IMG/VR virus record: IMGVR_UViG_3300032335_000151
Location: 1 to 40,416 of that record
Reading direction: 5' to 3' (one strand)
DNA: 40,416 nt
Source of the DNA: a virus
Lineage: Duplodnaviria > Caudoviricetes
This document shows positions 1 to 8,377 of this stretch, piece after piece. The position numbers were made by a program, and so were the translations under genes. A model generated the notes under the pieces. That model was not told the origin of the DNA. It made no database searches and saw only the letters and a program-made list of their open reading frames with translations. Numbering within the stretch: the first letter of the stretch is position 1; each line of letters opens with the position of its first letter.

Positions 1-123
1 AACCTAGAGGGACGCATTACCCGATTGGAAACCCGAGTTGACCAAATCTACACACTCCTTTGCGAGAAGAAGTAGAAATTTATTTGCAGCATTCTGCGTA
101 GCACTAGCAGGAAATCTTTTCTT
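1..123. repeat. Terminal direct repeat, copy 1 (identical to 40294-40416); circular assembly overlap
   Basis: AACCTAGAGGGACG...GAAATCTTTTCTT is identical at both ends, and ORF 40165-40368 reads across the junction. Confidence 0.95.
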
Positions 124-1408
124 TTTATCATATGCTAGAGCGGAAGAACCAGCACCAGTAGTTACTACAATTGTAACTCGTGGTGGAGATGACGTGTCCT
201 ATCAGATTCCATTGACTGTAACAGTTGTCTATGATGGAACCACATATCAAAATGTTTATGCAACAACTAACTCAGTTATCACATTTGGCAGACCCGATGG
301 AACCTATTGGGATTACCCAGTAACTCCATCTATCTCAATTGAATCTCGTGACTGGTGGGCATTGCCTGACCGCATGCCTGATACTCACTTCATTATCAAT
401 GTGAGTGAAGGTGGATTTCAAGTAGATGGCGCATACCGTCCATATGGTATGATGACTGGTGACGTCACTAGCATTATCATTACTGCACAGATTCAAACAG
501 ATGGAGCCGTTGCATATTCTTATTCAACCAATGGACCATTGCAAGGCAATGAGCGTACAGGTGCTCGTTTAACTGACGGCACAGTTGTAACTCTAGAACA
601 AGCAGGTGTAACTCAAGTTGCCGTTCCTGTTGTATTGGAACCTGTCCCTGTAGTGCCAACTCCAGAGCCTATCCCAACACCAACTCCAGAACCTACGCCA
701 ACTCCTGCTCCTGAACCTACACCAGTGCCAGTACCGCAACCTGAGCCACGTCCACGTCCAGAACCAGTAATCGATATTGCACCAGAAGTATTACCTCCAG
801 CAGAAGAACCTCCTGTAGTTGTTGAACCACCTATAGAAGAACCGCCTGTTGAACAGCCACCTGCAGAGGAACCACCTGCAGAGGAACCACCAGCGGAAGA
901 GCCACCAGCGCCTGTAGAGGAACCACCTGCACCTGTTGAAGAGCCTCCTGCGCCAGCAGAAGAGGCGCCACCAGTCGTCACAGAAGAATCGACACCTGAA
1001 GAGATTGCAGTAGCGGTAGAAGCCCTTATTGCAGCAGCAGATGGTGAAGCAGTAACAGCAGAAGCAATTGCAGAAGCAGGTCTTACTTATGAAGACTTGC
1101 CACCTGATACTCCTGTTGAAGTCCGTACTGACGCACATGGAAACGAAGTAATCATTACTGCCGAAGTTGCAGCAGCACTTGAAGTACTTGAATCTCCGTC
1201 AGAATTTATTAGCGCAGTCTTTAGTGACCCAGCGCAAGCATTACTTGCATTAGCAAGCATTGGTGCTGATATGTCTCCAGAAGAAAGAAAGCAATCTACT
1301 GAGACAGTATTGGCAGCAGTAATCGTGGGACAGATAGCAACACAGTCAGCAGTTGCAGCAGCAGCATCCGCTGCAGCAGCATCATCCACGTATAGGAGAA
1401 AACCTTAA
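38..1408 (+). CDS. Secreted/surface Pro-Glu-rich protein (signal peptide, beta-rich N-domain, PT/EEPP linker, helical C-domain with hydrophobic tail)
   Basis: Basic N-terminus, hydrophobic core and ARA/EE cleavage-like site; PEPTPTP and EEPPA repeats; Ala/Val-rich end followed by RRKP. The TTG start is uncertain. Confidence 0.7.
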   Translation: MTKSTHSFARRSRNLFAAFCVALAGNLFFLSYARAEEPAPVVTTIVTRGGDDVSYQIPLTVTVVYDGTTYQNVYATTNSVITFGRPDGTYWDYPVTPSISIESRDWWALPDRMPDTHFIINVSEGGFQVDGAYRPYGMMTGDVTSIIITAQIQTDGAVAYSYSTNGPLQGNERTGARLTDGTVVTLEQAGVTQVAVPVVLEPVPVVPTPEPIPTPTPEPTPTPAPEPTPVPVPQPEPRPRPEPVIDIAPEVLPPAEEPPVVVEPPIEEPPVEQPPAEEPPAEEPPAEEPPAPVEEPPAPVEEPPAPAEEAPPVVTEESTPEEIAVAVEALIAAADGEAVTAEAIAEAGLTYEDLPPDTPVEVRTDAHGNEVIITAEVAAALEVLESPSEFISAVFSDPAQALLALASIGADMSPEERKQSTETVLAAVIVGQIATQSAVAAAASAAAASSTYRRKP

Positions 1409-1599
1409 TGAAAAATATACTTTCAGATTTCCTTAACCAGGCTTGGACCTTGTTGGGAATGTTTGTCGCTTGGGTCGTACTAGATGGCTCGGCAAAGACG
1501 GTAGTCGGCTATGCCATTGTTATAACAACTCTCCTATGGGTTGTCTCATACAAGGCACGTAATCTAAAGGATGATAATGAAGACGGACAAGTTTCCTAA
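1408..1599 (+). CDS. Small two-TM membrane protein in lysis region
   Basis: Two hydrophobic segments; TAATG coupling to the upstream gene. Confidence 0.75.
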   Translation: MKNILSDFLNQAWTLLGMFVAWVVLDGSAKTVVGYAIVITTLLWVVSYKARNLKDDNEDGQVS

Positions 1600-2167
1600 A
1601 TGGTTCCACGATAACAACACCATCACTGATTTTGAGAATGGTCTTGAAGAGTTTAAAGGTAAGAAGAATCTTAAGTTCCTACAGATAGGTGTCTTCACAG
1701 GCAACGCATCTGCTTGGCTCTTAGAGAATATCCTTACTGACCCTAGTTCAATTTTAGTAGATGTTGACCCTTGGTGTGGCAACTTAAGACACGAATCAAT
1801 TTATGATTGGTTAGAAGTTGAAGCAGCATATGATGAACAAGTATTGCCTCACGGCAAGAAAGTTCACAAGCATAAGGCATTTAGCCAAGAGTGGCTTAAA
1901 GAGCATCGTGATTCTGAGTATGACTTTATCTATATTGATGGAGACCACGTACCAGAGGCAGTTACATCTGACGCAGTCCTGTCGTGGGACTTGCTTAAGG
2001 TCAATGGCATTATGGCATTTGATGATTATGAATGGGACCATCCAGATGGTACCGATAAGAACCCAAAGCCAGCAATTGATAAGTTCCTGAAAGACCACAA
2101 AGATGAAATAGAAATCCTGAGAATGGGATGGCAAGTATGGATAAGGAAAACTAATGCAAACATTTAA
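1571..2167 (+). CDS. Class I SAM-dependent methyltransferase (Methyltransf_24-like; small-molecule/glycan type rather than DNA)
   Basis: LQIGVFTG motif I, YDFIYIDGDH, LLKVNGIMAFDDY; likely start 1577. Confidence 0.85.
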   Translation: MIMKTDKFPKWFHDNNTITDFENGLEEFKGKKNLKFLQIGVFTGNASAWLLENILTDPSSILVDVDPWCGNLRHESIYDWLEVEAAYDEQVLPHGKKVHKHKAFSQEWLKEHRDSEYDFIYIDGDHVPEAVTSDAVLSWDLLKVNGIMAFDDYEWDHPDGTDKNPKPAIDKFLKDHKDEIEILRMGWQVWIRKTNANI

Positions 2168-2396
2168 AAATGTAATGATGAGAATTGGTGCTGTTATTGC
2201 AGCAGAAGCACTGGGAGTTATTGGTGCTGGTTCTTTAGTAGGTATTGAAGTATGGCAAGCAGCAGTACTTGCTGGTGCTTTAGGTGCTGCTCGTGTACTT
2301 GAAGCCCTTGCTCGCTTCTTCCTAAACGATGGCTCTTTAACTGCTGAAGAAATTAACGCAGCATTTGCCAAGGTAGATAAGAAGGCGTCAGAATAA
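2154..2396 (+). CDS. Holin-like membrane protein
   Basis: Two hydrophobic helices and a charged tail; directly upstream of the endolysin. Confidence 0.6.
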   Translation: MQTFKNVMMRIGAVIAAEALGVIGAGSLVGIEVWQAAVLAGALGAARVLEALARFFLNDGSLTAEEINAAFAKVDKKASE

Positions 2397-2908
2397 TGGG
2401 ACAACGCGCAGACTTTATCGCAACGGCACAAGGTGAACTTGGTGTCATTGAAGGACCTAAAGATAATGAAACAAAGTATGGCCACTTCACAAAGGCAAAT
2501 TTTCTACCATGGTGTGGGTCATTTGTTATGTGGTGTGCTAATGAAGTTGGCTTGAAGATTCCTAACTGTGTATCTACTGTCAATGGTGCGTCAGCATTCA
2601 TGAAGAAGAACCAGTGGGAAAAGGCAAGCGATACTGCTCAGCCACTACCAGGGGATATTGTATTCTTTGACTTTCCAAACGATGGTGTAGATAGAATCTC
2701 ACATATTGGAATCGTAGTCAAGGATAATGGAGATGGAACTGTTACCTGTATTGAGGGTAATACCGCTCCAGATAAGAAGGGTGACCAACGTAATGGTGGA
2801 CAAGTCTGCCTAAAGGTCCGTGCCTTCAAAAAGAAAAATGGCTCTAAGTTGAGAAAGTCTCAAGCCGTAACAGTAGTCGGGTTTGGTAAGCCAGTATTCA
2901 AGTCCTAA
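2396..2908 (+). CDS. Endolysin, CHAP/NlpC-type cysteine peptidase
   Basis: PWCGSFVMW, PGDIVFFDF, SHIGIV and IEGNT CHAP motifs. Confidence 0.9.
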   Translation: MGQRADFIATAQGELGVIEGPKDNETKYGHFTKANFLPWCGSFVMWCANEVGLKIPNCVSTVNGASAFMKKNQWEKASDTAQPLPGDIVFFDFPNDGVDRISHIGIVVKDNGDGTVTCIEGNTAPDKKGDQRNGGQVCLKVRAFKKKNGSKLRKSQAVTVVGFGKPVFKS

Positions 2909-2917
2909 GGAGGACTA

Positions 2918-3109
2918 ATGAACAAGAAGAAACTAGAAGCAATTGCTAGTACGTACCTACGTGCAGCAGTAGCAGCGGTCGTGGCTCTCTACATGGCTGG
3001 AGAAACAGACCCAAAGAATCTCGCAACAGCAGCAATCGCTGCAGTGGCTGGTCCAGTCCTTAAGGCACTTGACCCTAAGTCTACAGAGTTCGGACGAGGC
3101 TCAAAGTAA
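2918..3109 (+). CDS. Holin-like two-TM protein
   Basis: AGGAGG RBS; two hydrophobic helices; follows the endolysin. Confidence 0.7.
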   Translation: MNKKKLEAIASTYLRAAVAAVVALYMAGETDPKNLATAAIAAVAGPVLKALDPKSTEFGRGSK

Positions 3110-3137
3110 CCCCATTCTAGGCCCCTAGCGGGCTTAT

Positions 3138-3200
3138 AGAAACAAGAAACCCCCTTTCCTAAGGTATCTACCCTAGGCGAGGGGGTCTTTTGTTGTTTCT
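3138..3200. terminator. Probable bidirectional intrinsic terminator
   Basis: AGAAACAAGAA-ACCCCCT...AGGGGGT-CTTTTGTTGTTTCT stem with A/T tracts, between convergent ORFs. Confidence 0.7.
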
Positions 3201-3348
3201 AGACTTCTTCGTCTAACCACTCATCAAGCAAATCGTGGTATCGTTCTTCACGTTTACGGAAGATATACTCTTGGATTGAGTCTATAATTTCGTAGACCAC
3301 ATCACGGATTACCAGACCAATCAGTACTGCTACTACCAACTCGAACAT
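3199..3348 (-). CDS. 49-aa single-TM protein with acidic tail (MFELVVAVLIGLVIRD...DEWLDEEV); not in ORF track
   Basis: Translated by hand; AGGAG RBS upstream of ATG. Confidence 0.6.
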   Translation of the reverse strand: MFELVVAVLIGLVIRDVVYEIIDSIQEYIFRKREERYHDLLDEWLDEEV

Positions 3349-3353
3349 ATGTT

Positions 3354-3423
3354 CTCCTATAATATATTATATATAATATAAAACCCCTTCGGGGTTTATA
3401 TATGTATTACATATAAGTATACA
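3354..3423. other. AT-rich palindromic element with C(UUCG)G hairpin; candidate origin/unwinding element
   Basis: TATAATATATTATATATAATAT run followed by AAACCC-CTTCGG-GGTTT. Confidence 0.45.
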
Positions 3424-3463
3424 CATGAATCTGACTGACACAAGTTTTATGCCTGACCATAAT

Positions 3464-3491
3464 TTGACAACCTGTGGATAACGTGTATACT
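3464..3491 (+). promoter_or_regulatory. Sigma70-type promoter of the replication operon, with a DnaA box in the spacer
   Basis: TTGACA (3464-3469), 16 nt, TATACT (3486-3491); TGTGGATAA at 3473-3481. Confidence 0.7.
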
Positions 3492-3499
3492 AGGACAAC

Positions 3500-3694
3500 A
3501 TGAGCATACAACTAGAAGAATATAACCTACCAGAGCACATGAGTTATTCGGCTCTGATGACATACCTCGACTGTGGGTATATGTATTACCTCAGTCGGTT
3601 ACTTGCAATCCCTGAGAAGCCTGCGGTGTGGTCCGTTGGTGGTTCAGCATTCCATAGAGCCACAGAATTGTGGGACTTAGAGAATGTCGATTGA
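3500..3694 (+). CDS. RecB/Cas4-like PD-(D/E)XK exonuclease, N-terminal part
   Basis: HMSYSALMTYLDCGYMYYL and GSAFH are N-terminal motifs of this family. Confidence 0.75.
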   Translation: MSIQLEEYNLPEHMSYSALMTYLDCGYMYYLSRLLAIPEKPAVWSVGGSAFHRATELWDLENVD

Positions 3695-4292
3695 CCTATG
3701 GCTTAAGGCCTGGAACGAGGAAGCAGAGGGCGTTGATTTAACTGATGCCCGAGTAGGTGGCAGAGCCACTAAGGAAAATCCGAATAAGGAAGATGCTAAA
3801 TTCTGGAACACGGCTGGACCTAAGTGGGTTGCTGACTACATCACATGGCGTAAAAATAATACTGACTGGAAAATCTGGAAGACACCACAAGGTAATCCAG
3901 CAATCGAGTTAGCACTGACACCTGAGTTTGCTGGTGTGCCAGTCAAGATGGTTATTGACAGAGTGTTTGAATATCAAGGCAACCTAGTTGTTGTTGATTT
4001 AAAGACCTCTCAGCAAACACCTGCCAGTACACTACAACTTGGCTTCTACAAGGTGGGAATCGAAAGAGTTCTCGGGGCTGAAGTTAAGTATGGTGCATAC
4101 TGGATGGCACGCCAGTCAGGTACTACAGGTCTTGTAGACCTATCAGGTTACACACCTGACAAGTTAGACTACCTTGCCGAAAATTTTGATAAAGCAAGAA
4201 AGTCTGCTATCTTTCTCCCTAATACAAACAACTGCCAGTATCGCTGTGGCTTCACGGACTACTGTCAATTCTCAGCGAAGGTAGAAAAATGA
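3684..4292 (+). CDS. RecB/Cas4-like PD-(D/E)XK exonuclease, catalytic C-terminal part
   Basis: IDRV...VVDLKT, QLGFY, and C-terminal CQYRCGFTDYC Cys cluster. Confidence 0.85.
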   Translation: MSIDLWLKAWNEEAEGVDLTDARVGGRATKENPNKEDAKFWNTAGPKWVADYITWRKNNTDWKIWKTPQGNPAIELALTPEFAGVPVKMVIDRVFEYQGNLVVVDLKTSQQTPASTLQLGFYKVGIERVLGAEVKYGAYWMARQSGTTGLVDLSGYTPDKLDYLAENFDKARKSAIFLPNTNNCQYRCGFTDYCQFSAKVEK

Positions 4293-4411
4293 AACTAGAA
4301 CCAACAGCAGGTGAACTGCTTGGCGCTTTTCAATTACAAATTGTTAGCGCAAATGAAGTACGTATCGCATTTGGTTTCGAGCCAATTAAAGAAGAAAAGG
4401 AAAGTGAATGA
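4289..4411 (+). CDS. 40-aa hypothetical protein (MKLEPTAGELL...); not in ORF track
   Basis: ATGA overlaps at both ends exactly fill the gap. Confidence 0.55.
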   Translation: MKLEPTAGELLGAFQLQIVSANEVRIAFGFEPIKEEKESE

Positions 4412-4797
4412 GTACAGAAGACTGGAAGTTACAAGTATCGTATAAGACACCATCAGGTGACATGATTAACGTACGTGCCAATACAGCAGATGAACTAAGT
4501 GTATTACTTGAAGGTGTCGGAGATTACTCTGCACAGATTGCGTCAGTACAAAGACTGATTCATGGTGCATATGCAGCAGCCCCTTTGGGGACCACGCCTT
4601 CAACTCCAAACACTCCGCCATCCACATACTCCGCTCCAACCCCAGTATCGCCAGTGTCAGGTACAGCAGCACCAACTTGTATCCACGGGACACGCATTCG
4701 ACGCGAGGGAGTGAGCAAGACAACAGGGAAACCTTACGCATTCTGGGCGTGCCCAACTCCACAGGGAACACCAGACCAATGCAAGCCAGTGAACTAA
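4408..4797 (+). CDS. Hypothetical replication-region protein with Pro-rich linker and C-terminal CxH/C/C zinc finger
   Basis: CIHG...GKPYAFWAC...QC motif; AAGGA RBS. Confidence 0.7.
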   Translation: MSTEDWKLQVSYKTPSGDMINVRANTADELSVLLEGVGDYSAQIASVQRLIHGAYAAAPLGTTPSTPNTPPSTYSAPTPVSPVSGTAAPTCIHGTRIRREGVSKTTGKPYAFWACPTPQGTPDQCKPVN

Positions 4798-4887
4798 TAC
4801 AACTTAATATAGATATATGATGAAGCGAAACGTAGCCATGTCAGAAAAGGCATGGTTACGTTCCTTCTATAAAGGAGATGAATCGGA

Positions 4888-5670
4888 ATGCGTACACTTG
4901 TCAGAAGCGTTGGTCGTGCCAGTATCGGTGGAGAACCATTACCAAGTTGTTTCAAGGCCTTCGAGAACAATAAGATTATCATCCGTCGCTCCGAAGTATC
5001 AATGTTTGCAGCAGCACCAGGTGTTGGTAAGTCGACACTTGCGTTAGCACTAGCACTTAAGATGAAGGTGCCAACACTTTACATCTCAGCAGATACTAAT
5101 GCTCACACTATGGCCATGCGTCTTGCATCTATGATTTCAGGTAAGTCACAAGGTGATGTAGAGCAAATGCTTACTAGCGATATTGGATGGACAAAGGCTA
5201 CACTATCTAGAGGTAGTCATATTGTTTGGTCATTTGAATCTGCTCCATCACTACAAGATATTGATGAAGAAGTGCAGGCATTCGAAGAACTATGGGGTTG
5301 CCCACCTGTACTTATTGTAGTAGATAACTTAATGGATGTAGCCACTGATGGTGGCGAAGAGTTTGCATCTATGCGTGCAATTATGAAGGAGTTGAAGTAC
5401 CTTGCCAGAGCGACGAACGCAGCGGTTGTTGTCTTACACCATACTTCGGAGGCTGTCACGGGTTCTCCGTGTCAACCGCGTTCTGCCATTCAAGGCAAAG
5501 TCGCTCAACTTCCTGCTCTTATATGTACCCTCGGCGTTGTTGGTACTTCTATGGGTGTTGCACCTGTTAAAAATAGATACGGACGTGCTGATGCAGGAGG
5601 AGGACTCATGACATGGGTTGCCTTTAATCCTGAGTATATGTTTATCGATGATATCCCAGAGAATGTATAG
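4888..5670 (+). CDS. DnaB/RecA-like replicative helicase
   Basis: Walker A AAPGVGKST, Walker B IVVDNL, LKYLAR..NAAVVVLHH, KNRYG; AAGGAG RBS. Confidence 0.9.
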   Translation: MRTLVRSVGRASIGGEPLPSCFKAFENNKIIIRRSEVSMFAAAPGVGKSTLALALALKMKVPTLYISADTNAHTMAMRLASMISGKSQGDVEQMLTSDIGWTKATLSRGSHIVWSFESAPSLQDIDEEVQAFEELWGCPPVLIVVDNLMDVATDGGEEFASMRAIMKELKYLARATNAAVVVLHHTSEAVTGSPCQPRSAIQGKVAQLPALICTLGVVGTSMGVAPVKNRYGRADAGGGLMTWVAFNPEYMFIDDIPENV

Positions 5671-5676
5671 GTAAAA

Positions 5677-5871
5677 ATGCTTAGAGAAGAAGAAGATGAT
5701 ACGACGCAAGAGATGCGTCAGTTCGTAGTGCTTGAAATTAAAATGGAAATTGAAAGACTTGTTAAAAAAATTGAAGACGCACGTGTACCAGTTACAGATG
5801 ACTGGACAGATGGCGTTAACAATGGACTTGAGTGGGCAGTTCGTATCTTGAAGAAAGATAAGAGCGCTTAA
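5677..5871 (+). CDS. Hypothetical protein
   Basis: In-operon ORF. Confidence 0.65.
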   Translation: MLREEEDDTTQEMRQFVVLEIKMEIERLVKKIEDARVPVTDDWTDGVNNGLEWAVRILKKDKSA

Positions 5872-5874
5872 TAA

Positions 5875-6381
5875 ATGTGGGAATATGCACTCACCCCACA
5901 AGAAGAAGGTGTTGTAACTGAGGTTGGTTATCAGCGACAGAAGCCTTACTTCGGTGACCCAACTAGGAACGTAAACTATTCTGAGGGTGACCTATGGGAA
6001 CTGTGGCAACATGTAGTTGCTGCTGGTAGTGAGTTAGCATTTGCTCGCATGGTTGGACGCAATGATTTTGTACCACACTTTAACAAGTGGAAGACAGAGT
6101 TAGATATACCAGGGTTAGGTGAAGTGCGATACTCTTTCAGAGATAACGCACAGTTGCGATACACCAATCGTGATGACGATAACTTAATCTATATCTTAAT
6201 GGAAGATGGCATGCGCCATAAGACACGTCGAACTCAGGAGAATGGTTGGGTTGGTGAACCTTATCGTGCAATAGGATGGCTCTATGGCTATCAATGCAAG
6301 CAAGACAAATGGAAGTGGACTGACAAAACTTGGTATGTACCAAGGGAGGAACTAGCATCTATGGAAACGTTGGCTATCTAA
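5875..6381 (+). CDS. Hypothetical protein, possibly PD-(D/E)XK-fold
   Basis: GSELAFA...LDI...EVR spacing resembles restriction-fold motifs (weak). Confidence 0.55.
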   Translation: MWEYALTPQEEGVVTEVGYQRQKPYFGDPTRNVNYSEGDLWELWQHVVAAGSELAFARMVGRNDFVPHFNKWKTELDIPGLGEVRYSFRDNAQLRYTNRDDDNLIYILMEDGMRHKTRRTQENGWVGEPYRAIGWLYGYQCKQDKWKWTDKTWYVPREELASMETLAI

Positions 6382-6464
6382 TGATTAATCTTGTATTACT
6401 ATTTCAAACATTTTATATGGAGTTACTTGCTATTATATCAGCACTATTAGGGTTTACTCTGTAA
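6381..6464 (+). CDS. 27-aa hydrophobic peptide (MINLVLLFQTFYMELLAIISALLGFTL); not in ORF track
   Basis: TAATG coupling at both ends. Confidence 0.5.
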   Translation: MINLVLLFQTFYMELLAIISALLGFTL

Positions 6465-6832
6465 TGACAACTAGAAAATCACACAAGCAAAGAGGTGCTA
6501 CATTTGAAACAGACATCCGTGACTGGTTTAGAGGGTTTGGATACGACGCTGAACGACTTGCTCGAACAGGTGCAAGAGATGAGGGAGACGTTGCAGTCCG
6601 TTCGGACTTCCTTGGTTCAGTTGGAGTTATCGAAGCCAAGGCACCAGGTGCATCAGGTCGCATTGACCTCTCTGGTTGGACGAAAGAAGCACAACTTGAA
6701 GCAACGCATTATGCGGAAGCAAGGGGGCTCAACCGTGAGTCCGTCCTCCCTGCGGTTATTATCAAGGCTCGAGGAAAATCAATAGCAGATTCTTATTTAG
6801 TATTTAGATTGGGTGATGTATTCGGTGAGTGA
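6464..6832 (+). CDS. Holliday junction resolvase (Hjc-type PD-(D/E)XK)
   Basis: KQRGATFE, DEGDV and IEAK motifs. Confidence 0.8.
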   Translation: MTTRKSHKQRGATFETDIRDWFRGFGYDAERLARTGARDEGDVAVRSDFLGSVGVIEAKAPGASGRIDLSGWTKEAQLEATHYAEARGLNRESVLPAVIIKARGKSIADSYLVFRLGDVFGE

Positions 6833-7190
6833 CTTGCCATCCATTAAGGATGTACTTGAACACTATGGTGCAAGCATACGCAGAGACCATGGTCAAGTAA
6901 ATCTTAAGTGTCCATTTCATGGCGACTCGCATCAATCAGGTACTGCTAATCTCGATAACAATGTATTCGTATGCTTTGCATGCGGTATGCAAGGCAACAG
7001 TTTACAAATAATTTCTAGGCACGAAGGGATTAATATACGTGAAGCAGCGAGAGTCGCAGAAGGATTTACTGGAATTAGCAACAAAGCGGTACCAGGAAAA
7101 CATTTATCTGGCCGAAGATTACCTTCGAAGTCGGGGAATCACAGTGGAAGTAGCACGGTTGGCACGATTAGGCGTAGTCGCGGAACCTGA
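6813..7190 (+). CDS. DNA primase, CHC2 zinc-finger part
   Basis: CPFHGDSHQS...FVCFACG. Confidence 0.85.
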   Translation: MMYSVSDLPSIKDVLEHYGASIRRDHGQVNLKCPFHGDSHQSGTANLDNNVFVCFACGMQGNSLQIISRHEGINIREAARVAEGFTGISNKAVPGKHLSGRRLPSKSGNHSGSSTVGTIRRSRGT

Positions 7191-7668
7191 GGTAGGACAT
7201 GAAGGATTCCTTGGTAGGTTATCTATACCTTATGTTACAAAGAGTGGCGTAGTTGATTTAAGATTCAGAAGTTTGAACCCAGCAGTTGAACCTAAGTACA
7301 TGGGCATGACTGGTGCAGATACTAAGATGTACAACGTACTAGATATTGAAAGGGCAGGTGATTGGATTGGAGTCTGTGAAGGAGAACTTGATACCATTAC
7401 ACTCAGCAGATGCATTGGCGTCCCTTGCGTTGGAGTTCCAGGTGCAAATTCGTGGAAGAAACATTACACAAGATTGCTTGCAGATTTTGAAAGAGTATTC
7501 GTCTTTGCTGATGGAGACCAACCTGGGAAAGAATTTGCTACAGGGCTTGCCCGAGAACTTCCAGTTACAATCGTCTCCATGCCAGATGGGGAAGATGTCA
7601 ACTCTGTTTACGTTAAGTACGGTGCGGAATATATCAGAGATAAGATAGGGTTAAATGATGAGCGATGA
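7039..7668 (+). CDS. DNA primase, TOPRIM catalytic part
   Basis: YLRSRGI, RLSIPY, PKY, VCEGELD, FADGDQPG, DVNS. Confidence 0.9.
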   Translation: MKQRESQKDLLELATKRYQENIYLAEDYLRSRGITVEVARLARLGVVAEPEVGHEGFLGRLSIPYVTKSGVVDLRFRSLNPAVEPKYMGMTGADTKMYNVLDIERAGDWIGVCEGELDTITLSRCIGVPCVGVPGANSWKKHYTRLLADFERVFVFADGDQPGKEFATGLARELPVTIVSMPDGEDVNSVYVKYGAEYIRDKIGLNDER

Positions 7669-7996
7669 TAGCAAACAATGCCCTGAATGCGGTGAACACT
7701 TTGAGAATGTATTCGAAGCAACTGACCACCTCTTAGAGGAGGACGAAGAGTTCGACCCTGCACTTATCTTACCTAATGGTTACCGCTTAATGATAGGTTC
7801 ACTACTGCGTTGCATGTATAAGTACGCACATGAACCTGAAAAGATTGAGAAGATTACACAAGATACATACATGACATTGTTTACCGCTGAGACAAACGCT
7901 GATTCAATAGTTGATATCATTGAAGAAGCAATCGTTCGTAGCAGCATGGTAGATATCGATAACGAACTTAAGTCCATCCTAGATGATGGGAAATGA
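7655..7996 (+). CDS. Hypothetical protein with N-terminal C2H2-like finger
   Basis: CPECGEHF...DHL. Confidence 0.7.
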   Translation: MMSDDSKQCPECGEHFENVFEATDHLLEEDEEFDPALILPNGYRLMIGSLLRCMYKYAHEPEKIEKITQDTYMTLFTAETNADSIVDIIEEAIVRSSMVDIDNELKSILDDGK

Positions 7997-8002
7997 GGAG
8001 AT

Positions 8003-8377
8003 ATGGCAGATTACCGAGCACTTGGCGAAGCAAGGTTTCAAGATAGTACGGATGGAAACGACGGACTCAACTCTATTTATCACGGTATCGGTACCGATTA
8101 TAAGTTCGAACGCGAAGTAAGAAAGATTATGGAAGAACTTGGTGACTTGCTTATCAGTAAGCACCGAGACTATGGTCCAAAGAATATCTCACAGTCGCCT
8201 GGTGGCCCACTCAATGGATTGCGTGTACGCATGCATGACAAGAGTGCTCGCATCAATAATTTAATTGACAGTGGTGCAACCGCAGAGAATGAACCCCTTG
8301 AGGATTCCTTCAAGGACATAGCAAACTATGGTGTCATCGCTATGATGGTGCTAAGAGAGAAGTGGCCAAGCGAATGA
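8003..8377 (+). CDS. Nucleotide-modification-associated domain (Nmad1/DUF1599-like) protein
   Basis: KHRDYG, RMHDKSARINNL, EDSFKDIANY motifs. Confidence 0.75.
   Translation: MADYRALGEARFQDSTDGNDGLNSIYHGIGTDYKFEREVRKIMEELGDLLISKHRDYGPKNISQSPGGPLNGLRVRMHDKSARINNLIDSGATAENEPLEDSFKDIANYGVIAMMVLREKWPSE

Noticed and set aside
1-123. Terminal repeat as a biological direct terminal repeat
   Set aside because: It falls inside coding sequence of the late operon, so it is better explained as assembler overlap on a circular contig.
640-980. Short tandem DNA repeats resembling an array
   Set aside because: They are codon-level EEPPA/PTP protein repeats with no spacers, so not CRISPR.
613-1389. Minus-strand Gly/Ser-rich ORFs
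   Set aside because: They are antisense shadows of the Pro/Glu repeats; the same applies to most short alternative-frame ORFs in the track.
3500-4292. Cas4 as evidence of a CRISPR-Cas system
   Set aside because: No array or other cas genes; solo Cas4/RecB-like nucleases are common in actinophage replication modules.
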